Shown: positions 47,029 to 55,797 of the stretch, piece after piece
Layout of the letters: every line of letters begins with the position of its first letter
Position numbering within the stretch: position 1 is the stretch's first letter
Assembly: GCA_045533905.1 (NCBI GenBank)
Contig: JAZSIR010000008.1
Span: 1 to 64,000 of the forward strand
DNA length: 64,000 nt
Reading direction: 5' to 3'
DNA from: Clostridia bacterium
GTDB taxonomy: Bacteria; Bacillota; Clostridia; UMGS1883; UMGS1540
Notes under the pieces: model-generated
Database searches by the model: none
Seen by the model: the letters and a program-made list of their open reading frames with translations, nothing else
What the model was told of the DNA's origin: nothing
Position numbers and translations under genes: made by a program

Positions 47029-47598
47029 TTATTTCTGCAGTTCCAGAATACGTGCCGCAAGAGATTCACAGCGGCTTTTGGCAAAGGCATCCTCGTTTGC
47101 GGGACGTGAAGCACATACACCGAGATGCCCGGCATCCACCGCGTGGGAGCCCGGGCCTAAAATGCACATCCCGTGCACCAGCATCGAGTCCTGCATGGCG
47201 CGCACGGTGGCTTCCTGCCCGCCGTATTTCGAAGCGCCGCAGGAGATGGCCGCGCCGTATTTCCCGATAAACGCTTTTTCCCCGCGGTACGCGCGGCTTT
47301 TATCAAAAAGTGCCTTCATCTGTGCGCTGGGGCCGCCGAAGTATACGGGGCTTCCGAATAAAATCACATCTGCACGCTTCATTTTTTCAAAAATGGTTTC
47401 CACTCCCGTACCTTTGAAGCAGACCTTCCGGCACGGTGTCTGGCAATTGGTGCAGAACGGTCTTTCCAGCTTCCCGATTTCTTCTGCCACGTGGAGAAGC
47501 TCCGTTTCCACGCCCGGCAGTTTTTCCAGAATACTGCGCAGAAGGTATGCAATATTTCCGTCCTTATTGGGACTGCCGTTCAGTGCGCATACATACAT
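47029..47598 (-). CDS. Iron-sulfur flavoprotein / flavodoxin family protein
   Basis: NGSPNKDGN, CTNCQTPCRKVC, GSPVYF, GGQE. Confidence 0.85.
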   Translation of the reverse strand: MYVCALNGSPNKDGNIAYLLRSILEKLPGVETELLHVAEEIGKLERPFCTNCQTPCRKVCFKGTGVETIFEKMKRADVILFGSPVYFGGPSAQMKALFDKSRAYRGEKAFIGKYGAAISCGASKYGGQEATVRAMQDSMLVHGMCILGPGSHAVDAGHLGVCASRPANEDAFAKSRCESLAARILELQK

Positions 47599-47599
47599 A

Positions 47600-48424
47600 T
47601 TACATCTTCCTTTCTATAAGGCTTTCGGCAAGTGCACGAAGGGCATTTGCCTTTTCCCCGAAAGGTGCAAGCGCCTCTATGGCCGCTTCTGTATAGGAAT
47701 GCACCCATTCTTTCCCCCTGGCAAGCCCTATGCACGAAATCACGGTGTTCTTATCGTTCTTGATATCGCTGTTTGTGGGTTTTCCGAGAAGGGCCGCATC
47801 GCCTTCGATATCGAGAATATCATCCCGAATCTGAAATGCCACGCCGAGATTTTCCGCAAAGGTGCGCAGTTCTTCTCCTTCGCCCCCTGCTGCAATCGCA
47901 CCAAGGGAAACGGCGGCAGATATAAGCGCGCCCGTTTTATAGCGATACATTTCGAGAATTTCTTCGGCACCGGCGTTATGGAGCGTCATATCCCGCACCT
48001 GGCCCTCTACCATACCATATGCGCCTGCACTTTCAGAAAGAACGCGGACGGCCGCAAGATTCTGTCTTTCGGAAAGCGGGGCATTTGCGGCAATGGAAAA
48101 TGCAAGCGTTAAAAGCCCGTCACCGGCGAGAATCGCGGTTGCTTCATCAAAGGCCTTATGGCATGTGGGACGGCCGCGGCGAAGATCGTCATCGTCCATA
48201 CTCGGCAAATCATCGTGAATCAGCGAATATGTATGAATACATTCGAGCGCCGCACCATAGGGAATTGCATCCTCTGCGCGCCCGCCGAGCGCTTTGGCTG
48301 AAAGCATCGCAAGATGCGGGCGAAGGCGCTTCCCGCCGCCGAGGAGGCTATACCGCATTGCATCGTAAAGGCGGCCTTCTTCTTTTATAAGCGTTTCTAA
48401 ATACGCCTCAATCTTCCTTATCAT
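47600..48424 (-). CDS. ispA: Farnesyl diphosphate synthase
   Basis: GGKRLRP, HDDLPSMDDDDLRRG, FQIRDDILD. Confidence 0.92.
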   Translation of the reverse strand: MIRKIEAYLETLIKEEGRLYDAMRYSLLGGGKRLRPHLAMLSAKALGGRAEDAIPYGAALECIHTYSLIHDDLPSMDDDDLRRGRPTCHKAFDEATAILAGDGLLTLAFSIAANAPLSERQNLAAVRVLSESAGAYGMVEGQVRDMTLHNAGAEEILEMYRYKTGALISAAVSLGAIAAGGEGEELRTFAENLGVAFQIRDDILDIEGDAALLGKPTNSDIKNDKNTVISCIGLARGKEWVHSYTEAAIEALAPFGEKANALRALAESLIERKM

Positions 48425-48605
48425 CCTTCATTTCTCCCATCAAAGTTTCTACCTGCTTCTGGGCTTTATCTAAAAGCTTCCGGCAATCCCCAAGTAAGTG
48501 GATTCCTTTTTCAAATTCCGCAATCGATTCCTCAATCGGCATTTCGCCTGCCTCGAGTTTTTTTACGATTACCTCGAGTTCCTTAATGGATTCTTCAAAT
48601 CCCAT
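48408..48605 (-). CDS. xseB: Exodeoxyribonuclease VII small subunit
   Basis: FEESIKELEVIVKKLE...FEKG. Confidence 0.92.
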   Translation of the reverse strand: MGFEESIKELEVIVKKLEAGEMPIEESIAEFEKGIHLLGDCRKLLDKAQKQVETLMGEMKDDKED

Positions 48606-49809
48606 ATTTCTCGCTCCTTTCGACATTCAGGACGCGGCAGAGTGCCGCGCCGTCCGTAAACCGAACGGAAATTTCATCGTTTTCCGAAAGATCGGCCGCC
48701 GTTTTCAGCACCTTTCCGCCGCGCGAGGTCACGGTATACCCACGCGCCATAACGCGAAGCGGCGAAAGCGCATCCAGCGCCGTGGCGCTTTGCAAAAGTC
48801 TTCTTTCCGCCTTTTCAAGACCTGCGGCCATGGCCGCCTCGGCTCTTGTAGTCAGCGTATCCACCGCGATGGAAAGCTCATCCATACGGCGTTTTTCCAC
48901 GAGTAGGCGGCTCGTAAATGCACGGAGGCGCTCCCGTCTCCGGCTCACCATAAGTGCCAGTGTATTCGTCATTCGTTTTTCCATTGCGGAAAGTGTCGCA
49001 CGCACCTCACCGATATCCGGCACCGCAAGCTCTGCAGCTGCCGACGGTGTAGGCGCACGAAGGTCTGCCACAAAGTCGCAAATCGTGAAATCCGTTTCGT
49101 GGCCGACTGCGGATATAACAGGAATCTCGGAAGCCGCTACCGCGCGAGCCAGTACCTCTTCATTAAAAGCCCACAAATCCTCCTGCGAGCCGCCACCGCG
49201 GCCAACAATCAGAACATCCGCTTCCTTTTCCGTATTAAACTGCCGAATTGCGGCGGCAACGTCCTCCGCCGCCCCTGTGCCCTGTACCTGCACCGGATGC
49301 AAAACGATTCTGGCCATAGGCCAGCGTCTTTTCAGTATATTGCATATATCCTGAATAGCCGCGCCCGTCGCACTTGTGGCAACGCCGACGCACTTCGGAT
49401 AGGCCGGAATCGATTTTTTGCGTGATGCCTCAAAAAGGCCTTCATCGCGAAGCTTTGCCTTCAGTTTTTCAAAGGCAACAAAAAGTGCACCCTCGCCTTC
49501 CTTTTCCATTTCATCGATATAAAGCTGGTACGCCCCATCGCGCGGATAGGCAGAGATTCTGCCACGGGCAATGACCTGCATTCCGTTTTCGGGCATAAAA
49601 CGAAGCGACGCTACTGCGCCTTTGAACATGACCGCACGCAGCACGCCGCCACCGTCCTTAAGGCTTAAATACATATGCCCCGAGTAATGCAGCTTAAAAT
49701 TCGATATCTCCCCCTGCACCCAAATATTCTGCAGAATCGGGTCAGAGTCGAGCGTATTCTTTATGTAAGCATTGATCTGGCTTACAGCCACAATTCTCCG
49801 CTCGCTCAT
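48595..49809 (-). CDS. xseA: Exodeoxyribonuclease VII large subunit
   Basis: GEISNF, RGGGSQEDLWAFN, GHETD, PTPSAAAE. Confidence 0.95.
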   Translation of the reverse strand: MSERRIVAVSQINAYIKNTLDSDPILQNIWVQGEISNFKLHYSGHMYLSLKDGGGVLRAVMFKGAVASLRFMPENGMQVIARGRISAYPRDGAYQLYIDEMEKEGEGALFVAFEKLKAKLRDEGLFEASRKKSIPAYPKCVGVATSATGAAIQDICNILKRRWPMARIVLHPVQVQGTGAAEDVAAAIRQFNTEKEADVLIVGRGGGSQEDLWAFNEEVLARAVAASEIPVISAVGHETDFTICDFVADLRAPTPSAAAELAVPDIGEVRATLSAMEKRMTNTLALMVSRRRERLRAFTSRLLVEKRRMDELSIAVDTLTTRAEAAMAAGLEKAERRLLQSATALDALSPLRVMARGYTVTSRGGKVLKTAADLSENDEISVRFTDGAALCRVLNVERSEKYGI

Positions 49810-50240
49810 TTGGCGCGGATTACATTGCCCAAAACGCCGTTTACGAACGAACCGGCAGCGGGACTGTCATATTTCTTTGCGAGCTGTACGGCTTCGCTTG
49901 CAGAAACCTCATCGGGGATATCCTCCATAAAGAGAATCTCATAAAGCGCAAGCCGAAGCACCGCAATACTGATTTTGGAAACGCGTTCCATCTCCCAGTC
50001 CTTGAGGTTTTCGCGGATATGTGTATCAATCTCCGAAATGCGGCTTTCCACGCCTTCTACAACCGCGCGCATATACTCTGTATCTGCCACGGAGGGGCGG
50101 TTGATATAAAACGGTTCTTTTTCGCCGCGTTCTTCTTTCGCCGTCTCAAAATATCTTTCGAGTTTTTCTTTCGCTTCCTCGGGATTTACGTGCTGTTCGA
50201 ACAGAATCCGAAAAGCATCCTCTCTTGCATTTTTTCTCAT
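49806..50240 (-). CDS. nusB: Transcription antitermination factor NusB
   Basis: RKNARE, LRLALYE, FVNGVLG. Confidence 0.93.
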   Translation of the reverse strand: MRKNAREDAFRILFEQHVNPEEAKEKLERYFETAKEERGEKEPFYINRPSVADTEYMRAVVEGVESRISEIDTHIRENLKDWEMERVSKISIAVLRLALYEILFMEDIPDEVSASEAVQLAKKYDSPAAGSFVNGVLGNVIRAK

Positions 50241-50252
50241 ATGAATTCCTCT

Positions 50253-51266
50253 CTATGCAAACAGTTTTTGAATATCTGAAAATGTAATCAGTACCATTAA
50301 AAGCATCAAAAGTGCAAAACCTATAAAGTGCACAAATCCTTCGTGTTCCGGCTTTATGGGCTTTCTGCGGATAAGCTCGACCAGAATGAAGAAAATGCGG
50401 CCGCCGTCCAGCGCCGGAATCGGCAGAAGGTTCATAACGCCAAGATTTACCGCGATAAGCCCCATAAAATTAAGGAGAGACAAAAGGGGCATTGCGGAAC
50501 TTGCCGCCGATTGCATTTCGCTTACAATGCCTACGGGGCCCGCCATTTCGGAAAGCTTGACACCTCCGCTTATAAGCCTTGTGAAGGAATAAATAACAAG
50601 CTTTACCACAAAGGATGTATTATAAAATGCCGTTTTCACCGAAAGCGCAGGCGTCATTTCCATAATCTTCGGATAAAACCCCAGAATATAGCCGCCGCTT
50701 TCCTCGCTGTATGCAGGTGTTAAAGATACACGAATCTTTTCTTCGCCGCGGCGCACTGTGACGGGCGTCTCTTTCCCGCCGTTTTTCATAAGTGCAAGCG
50801 TTACATCATTCTGGATATGCACACGGCTACCGTCAATTTCTACAATGACGTCGCCCGGCATAAGGCCTGCGGCCTCAGCGGGTGAACCGGCGACTACGCG
50901 GTCAATTTCTGGCACATAAGTCTCGCCCACAAAGGAAAAGACAAGAAGAAAAACCAAAAGGCCTGCGATGATATTCATAAATCCGCCTGCAAAAAGCACA
51001 AGCATGCGGGCAAGCGGGTGTTTGTTACCAAAAGCCGCAGCATCCTCCGAGCTTTCATCCTCGCCGAGAAGCTTTACATAGCCGCCGACAGGCAGAAGCC
51101 GGAGAGAATATAAAACACCGCCCTTTTCTTTTTTCCAGACAGCAGGGCCCATACCAATGGAAAACTCGTGTACCCGGATACCAAAAAGGCGAGCCGCCAG
51201 AAAGTGGCCGAGTTCATGTACAAAAATCAGAAGACCGAAAAGTAAAACGCCGACGAGAATAATCAT
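50253..51266 (-). CDS. rseP: RIP metalloprotease RseP
   Basis: HELGH, PDZ domain, NLLPIPALDGG; start overlaps dxr stop (ATGA). Confidence 0.93.
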   Translation of the reverse strand: MIILVGVLLFGLLIFVHELGHFLAARLFGIRVHEFSIGMGPAVWKKEKGGVLYSLRLLPVGGYVKLLGEDESSEDAAAFGNKHPLARMLVLFAGGFMNIIAGLLVFLLVFSFVGETYVPEIDRVVAGSPAEAAGLMPGDVIVEIDGSRVHIQNDVTLALMKNGGKETPVTVRRGEEKIRVSLTPAYSEESGGYILGFYPKIMEMTPALSVKTAFYNTSFVVKLVIYSFTRLISGGVKLSEMAGPVGIVSEMQSAASSAMPLLSLLNFMGLIAVNLGVMNLLPIPALDGGRIFFILVELIRRKPIKPEHEGFVHFIGFALLMLLMVLITFSDIQKLFA

Positions 51267-52417
51267 TTCTGCATCCCTTCCCAAAGCGTCTGCACCTTTT
51301 CCCGTGCCCACGCATCTGTATCTATTATACACGAAAGCGTGGGATTTATAACCGTTTTGTGGGCTTCCATCGTTTTTGCGACAAGCGTTTCAATATCCAG
51401 AAAACGGCATTTTCCGGAGAGAAACAGCGCAACTGCCGCTTCGCCCGCGCCACTGTAAACCGTGGGCAGTGTGCCGCCTTTTTCTGCAGCAGCAAATCCA
51501 AGGCGAAGGCAACCGAAGGTTTCCATATCCGGCTTTTCAAAAGTAAGCGTCATCGCCTCTTCAAAATCCAGCGGGCGCGTAGGCGTTTTTTCGCAATCCG
51601 GATAGGCAAGTGCATATCCTATCGGCAGGCGCATATCCGGCCAGCCAAGCTGGGCAATGACGGAATGATCGCGAAACTCGACCATAGAATGGACGATACT
51701 TTGTCTATGTAAAACAACCTCAATCTGCGAAGGCGCCACGCCAAAAAGCTGCACCGCTTCAATAACTTCAAGCCCCTTATTCATCATACTGGCGCTGTCA
51801 ATTGTGATTTTAGCTCCCATACTCCAGTTCGGGTGTTTTAATGCATCTGCCGCGGTAACGGCATCAAGGTCTTCTCTCTTTTTCCCCGCGAAAGGACCGC
51901 CAGAAGCGGTCAGAAATATGCGGTTTACATCCGCATACTTTTCGCCAATGCATTGAAAAATGGCGCTGTGCTCGCTATCGACCGGCACAATTTTGACACC
52001 GTGTTCCTTTGCGGCAGCACGGACAAGGTCACCTGCACATACCATAGTTTCCTTATTGGCAAGTGCAATATCGCTTCCCGCTTCAATCGCATCCAGCGTC
52101 GGCAAAATACCGATGCTGCCTACCATAGCCGTCACGGTAATATCGGCACCGTTTTCTCTCGCTACCTCGCGAACGCCAGAGAGGGTGGCTACGATTTTCG
52201 TATCCGTATCCGCAACGCGTGTGCGAAGTTCCTTTGCAAAAGCTTCTTCGTACACGGCCGCAATTTTCGGGCGGAATTCGCGAATCTGCTTTTCCAGAAG
52301 GTCAATATTTCTGGCGGCGGCCAGTGCCGTCACCTCGTATTTATCAGAATTTCGGATGATATCCAGAGCCTGTGTTCCGATGGAACCGGTAGACCCCAGT
52401 ATACAAACTTTTTTCAA
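51263..52417 (-). CDS. dxr: 1-deoxy-D-xylulose-5-phosphate reductoisomerase
   Basis: LGSTGSIG, LANKE, PVDSEH, HPNWSMG. Confidence 0.96.
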   Translation of the reverse strand: MKKVCILGSTGSIGTQALDIIRNSDKYEVTALAAARNIDLLEKQIREFRPKIAAVYEEAFAKELRTRVADTDTKIVATLSGVREVARENGADITVTAMVGSIGILPTLDAIEAGSDIALANKETMVCAGDLVRAAAKEHGVKIVPVDSEHSAIFQCIGEKYADVNRIFLTASGGPFAGKKREDLDAVTAADALKHPNWSMGAKITIDSASMMNKGLEVIEAVQLFGVAPSQIEVVLHRQSIVHSMVEFRDHSVIAQLGWPDMRLPIGYALAYPDCEKTPTRPLDFEEAMTLTFEKPDMETFGCLRLGFAAAEKGGTLPTVYSGAGEAAVALFLSGKCRFLDIETLVAKTMEAHKTVINPTLSCIIDTDAWAREKVQTLWEGMQK

Positions 52418-52438
52418 TTCGTTTTCCTTCCTCTTGTA

Positions 52439-53221
52439 TCAGAGTGCAAGTAAAAGATACAAATAAATCGCCGGTGCTACAAACAGGATGCTGTCAAACC
52501 GATCCATGGCACCCCCGTGCCCGGGCATAATTTTACCGTAATCCTTAACGCCATACTGTCTTTTGATAACAGAAGCCACAAGGTCTCCCACCTGGCCGCA
52601 CGCGGAAGCAAAGAGCCCGCCAATGCACATCCCAAAAGGAGAAAGATCCCCCGCCTTTTCGCCAAAGATAGCTGCAAAAAGGAAAAAGCAGATCGCCGTG
52701 CCCACGGCCCCGCCTATGGCGCCTTCCACCGTTTTTTTCGGGCTTACCTCAGGAATAAGCTTTCTTTTGCCGAGGAAGCAACCGGTGAAGTAGGCCGCAC
52801 TGTCACTCACCCACGCGCCGATAAATACGAGCCAGATAAGGTACGCGCCCTGCGGCATCATACGGATTTTCGTAATGCATCCCATAAAACTGCCGATAAA
52901 AAGGGCGAAAAGGAACATCAGCCCCACCTCGCCCGCAGCGAGTGTTTTATGGCGAACGAGAAGTGCGATAAGGACTATGAGTAAAAAGAGGCAAACCGCC
53001 ACTTCAATAAATTGCGGCGGTATAATCCCTGCGCCAAGGCTTGCCGCAAAAATCGCTGACGGCAAAACCAGAAGGCTATGAAGCTTTGCGGCGCGGAAAA
53101 GTTCCCAGACCATAAGGACGGAAACAAGTGCCACGCCTATTCTGAGCGGCCATTCTCCCAAAAAGACAACAAGAAGCAGCAAAATGGCGCCAAGTATACC
53201 AGATATCACTCTTTTTTGCAA
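52439..53221 (-). CDS. cdsA: Phosphatidate cytidylyltransferase
   Basis: SPKKTVEG, GDLVAS, KDYG..MPGHGG..DRFDS; TTG start after AAGGAG (alternative ATG at 53251). Confidence 0.93.
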   Translation of the reverse strand: MQKRVISGILGAILLLLVVFLGEWPLRIGVALVSVLMVWELFRAAKLHSLLVLPSAIFAASLGAGIIPPQFIEVAVCLFLLIVLIALLVRHKTLAAGEVGLMFLFALFIGSFMGCITKIRMMPQGAYLIWLVFIGAWVSDSAAYFTGCFLGKRKLIPEVSPKKTVEGAIGGAVGTAICFFLFAAIFGEKAGDLSPFGMCIGGLFASACGQVGDLVASVIKRQYGVKDYGKIMPGHGGAMDRFDSILFVAPAIYLYLLLAL

Positions 53222-53250
53222 AGAAGAGCGCTCCTTTCTTTTGTGCGGCA

Positions 53251-53979
53251 TTAAACACCGCCGAACCGTCTGTTCCTGTTTTGGAAATCCTGTATGGCCT
53301 TCAGAAGATGCGAAGGCTTAAAGGAGGGCCACAAAACATTGGAATACCAGAATTCCGAATAGGCGGCCTGCCAGAGAAGAAAATTGCTGATGCGCTGCTC
53401 GCCGCTCGGCCTGATAATAAGGTCCGGATCCGGCTGGCCTGCCGTATACATTTCGGCATCCAGCATTTCCAAAGTTATATCTTCTGCACGGATTTCTCCT
53501 TTTTCCACCCTTTCAGCACAGGCCTTTGCCGCGTGCAGAATTTCCTGACGGCTACCGTAACTGAGCGCAATGTTTACGATGGTACCGGTTCTGTCCTTCG
53601 TATATTCCTCCAGCTCCTCCACCTTGCGGCGAAGCTCGGGCGAAAGCATATCGCGCTCCCCAATAATGCGGACACGAACACAGTCGTCAAGCTCTTTATA
53701 CGCTCTTTCTATGTACTCGGCCAGAAGGCGCATAAGTGCATCCACTTCTTCCTTCGGGCGGGACCAGTTTTCGGTAGAAAATGCATATACGGTTATGTAG
53801 GATATGCCCATTTCGCCACAGTAGCGTACAATCTTTGTGAAGCGGTCAGCCCCTCTCGCGTGGCCTGCACTTCGCGGCAAACCGCGGCGCTTGGCCCAGC
53901 GGCCGTTCCCGTCCATAATAATTGCAATATGCTTCGGAAGGCGCGACATATCTACTTTCGGTTGTCGAAGTTTCATCAT
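53251..53979 (-). CDS. uppS: Undecaprenyl diphosphate synthase
   Basis: HIAIIMDGNGRWA, FSTENW, RISNFLLWQ. Confidence 0.96.
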   Translation of the reverse strand: MMKLRQPKVDMSRLPKHIAIIMDGNGRWAKRRGLPRSAGHARGADRFTKIVRYCGEMGISYITVYAFSTENWSRPKEEVDALMRLLAEYIERAYKELDDCVRVRIIGERDMLSPELRRKVEELEEYTKDRTGTIVNIALSYGSRQEILHAAKACAERVEKGEIRAEDITLEMLDAEMYTAGQPDPDLIIRPSGEQRISNFLLWQAAYSEFWYSNVLWPSFKPSHLLKAIQDFQNRNRRFGGV

Positions 53980-54521
53980 ATTGCCAGAATTTCTTTCTCT
54001 TTTTCTTTTACGCTGTCTTCAATGCGCTTTGTGAAATCATCGGTCATTTTCTGGATGTCCTTTTCGATACCCTTCAGATCGTCCTCAGTGATTTCGCCGT
54101 TCTTTTCCTGCTTTTTGAAAGCATCGAGCGCATCGCGGCGGGCATTACGGATGCCAACCTTTGCATCCTCAGCCTTCTTGGCCACAGATTTTACAAGCTC
54201 TTTTCTGCGCTCTTCCGTAAGGGCAGGGAAAGAAAGACGAACGGATTTGCCGTCATTCGTCGGCGTAATGCCGAGTTCGCTCTTCAGAATTGCCTTTTCG
54301 ATTTCCTTGACAAGGCTTGCATCCCACGGCTGAATCACGAGCATATGCGGATCGGGTGCGGTGATGGATGCGACCTGGTTAATCGGAGATTCGGAGCCGT
54401 AGTATTCTACCTTGATTCTATCAAGTACAGCGGCGCTGGCGCGGCCGGCGCGGATGCTCGAGAGTTCCTCCTTCAAAAAGGTCATAACTTTTTCCATTTT
54501 GTCCTGATATACTTTATACAT
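53976..54521 (-). CDS. frr: Ribosome recycling factor
   Basis: IRAGRA, PALTEERRKEL, RNARRD. Confidence 0.97.
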   Translation of the reverse strand: MYKVYQDKMEKVMTFLKEELSSIRAGRASAAVLDRIKVEYYGSESPINQVASITAPDPHMLVIQPWDASLVKEIEKAILKSELGITPTNDGKSVRLSFPALTEERRKELVKSVAKKAEDAKVGIRNARRDALDAFKKQEKNGEITEDDLKGIEKDIQKMTDDFTKRIEDSVKEKEKEILAI

Positions 54522-54535
54522 TGTCTTTCCTCCTC

Positions 54536-55240
54536 TTATTCAACAATCGTTCCGATATTTTCGCCGCGCATGGCGCGGAGGATATTATCCGGATCTTCCA
54601 GACCGAATACGCGGATCGGGATATGGTTGTCCATACAGAGCGATGTGGCTGTGGAGTCCATAACGCCGAGACCGCGGTTTAATACATCGATATACGTAAG
54701 CGTCTCAAATTTGACGGCATCCGGATATACGTGCGGATCTTTATCGTAAACGCCGTCCACCTTCTTTGCCAGAAGGATAATTTCAGCACCGATTTCCGCC
54801 GCGCGAAGTGCCGCCGCGGTATCTGTGGAGAAGTACGGATTGCCCGTGCCGCAGCCGAAAATAACTACGCGGCCCTTCTCGAGATGTCTGTCTGCACGGC
54901 CGCGAATATACGGCTCTGCAATCTGGCGCATTTCAATACCCGTCTGCACGCGCGTGTCCACCCCTACGCCACCAAGTGCATCCTGCAGTGCCAGCGCATT
55001 GATAACGGTAGCGAGCATACCCATATGGTCTGCACGGGTTCTGTCCATTTCCTTGCCGCTTCTGCCTCGCCAGAAATTGCCGCCGCCAACAACCAGAGCA
55101 ATCTCATAGCCTTCGTCTACACATTTCGAAATGGTTTTGGAAATCTCATTGATGGTATTGAAATCCAGACCGAAGCCGTTTTCTCCGGCCAGAGCTTCCC
55201 CGCTGATTTTCAGCATAACTCTTTTGTATTTTCTCTCCAT
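54536..55240 (-). CDS. pyrH: Uridylate kinase
   Basis: [23 protein letters not shown]. Confidence 0.97.
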   Translation of the reverse strand: MERKYKRVMLKISGEALAGENGFGLDFNTINEISKTISKCVDEGYEIALVVGGGNFWRGRSGKEMDRTRADHMGMLATVINALALQDALGGVGVDTRVQTGIEMRQIAEPYIRGRADRHLEKGRVVIFGCGTGNPYFSTDTAAALRAAEIGAEIILLAKKVDGVYDKDPHVYPDAVKFETLTYIDVLNRGLGVMDSTATSLCMDNHIPIRVFGLEDPDNILRAMRGENIGTIVE

Positions 55241-55282
55241 TGTAACTCCATTCTGCCGCATGGGCTGTAAATTTGTAAAGAA

Positions 55283-55768
55283 TTAAAGACCTGTATCCGA
55301 AACCTTATCGGGGTCAACCGTTGCCACGGGCTCGGGAGCCTTTGTGGGTTCGACGGGCTTTTCCGTCGGCGCGGCAGTGGGTTCCATTGTTCTTGTGGGT
55401 GTTGCGGTGGGACGCGCAGTTGCGGTCGGCTTTTCAGTGGGGCGTGCCGTCGCGGTCGGTTTTTCCGTCGGACGGGCTGTCTCACTCGGTTTCTCTGTCG
55501 GTCGGGCCGATTCCGTGGGACGCGGAGATTCTGTCGGTTTCTCGGTTTCCTCCGGTGTTGCCGTGGGTGTCTCCTGCGGAGCTCCCGCGGTTTCTGTCGG
55601 CTTCGGCGTTTCTTTGGGTGTGGTGCCGGTATTAAACAGATTGAGCGAAATCAGAAAAGCGATGAAAAAAATCAGAATCAGGCCGACAATCGTCCCCATA
55701 ACCGAAAGTACTTTATTCCCGTTTGCTTTGTCTCTGCCGGCGCTATATGTGCGTCTCTTTTTCTGCAT
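55283..55768 (-). CDS. Single-pass membrane protein with Pro/Thr/Glu repeat tail
   Basis: Basic N-terminus, one TM helix, repeats of ARPTEKP(S/T)xT. Confidence 0.75.
   Translation of the reverse strand: MQKKRRTYSAGRDKANGNKVLSVMGTIVGLILIFFIAFLISLNLFNTGTTPKETPKPTETAGAPQETPTATPEETEKPTESPRPTESARPTEKPSETARPTEKPTATARPTEKPTATARPTATPTRTMEPTAAPTEKPVEPTKAPEPVATVDPDKVSDTGL
55405..55510 (-). repeat. Degenerate ~30 bp coding tandem repeat (about 3.5 copies)
   Basis: Encodes ARPTEKPSET-ARPTEKPTAT-ARPTEKPTAT-ARPT; boundaries approximate. Confidence 0.65.
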
Positions 55769-55797
55769 ATGTAAAGTCCATCCCTTCTATGTATTTC

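Noticed and set aside
55405-55510. CRISPR-like or non-coding repeat array
   Set aside because: The repeats are in-frame, degenerate at third positions and have no spacers; no cas genes in the window
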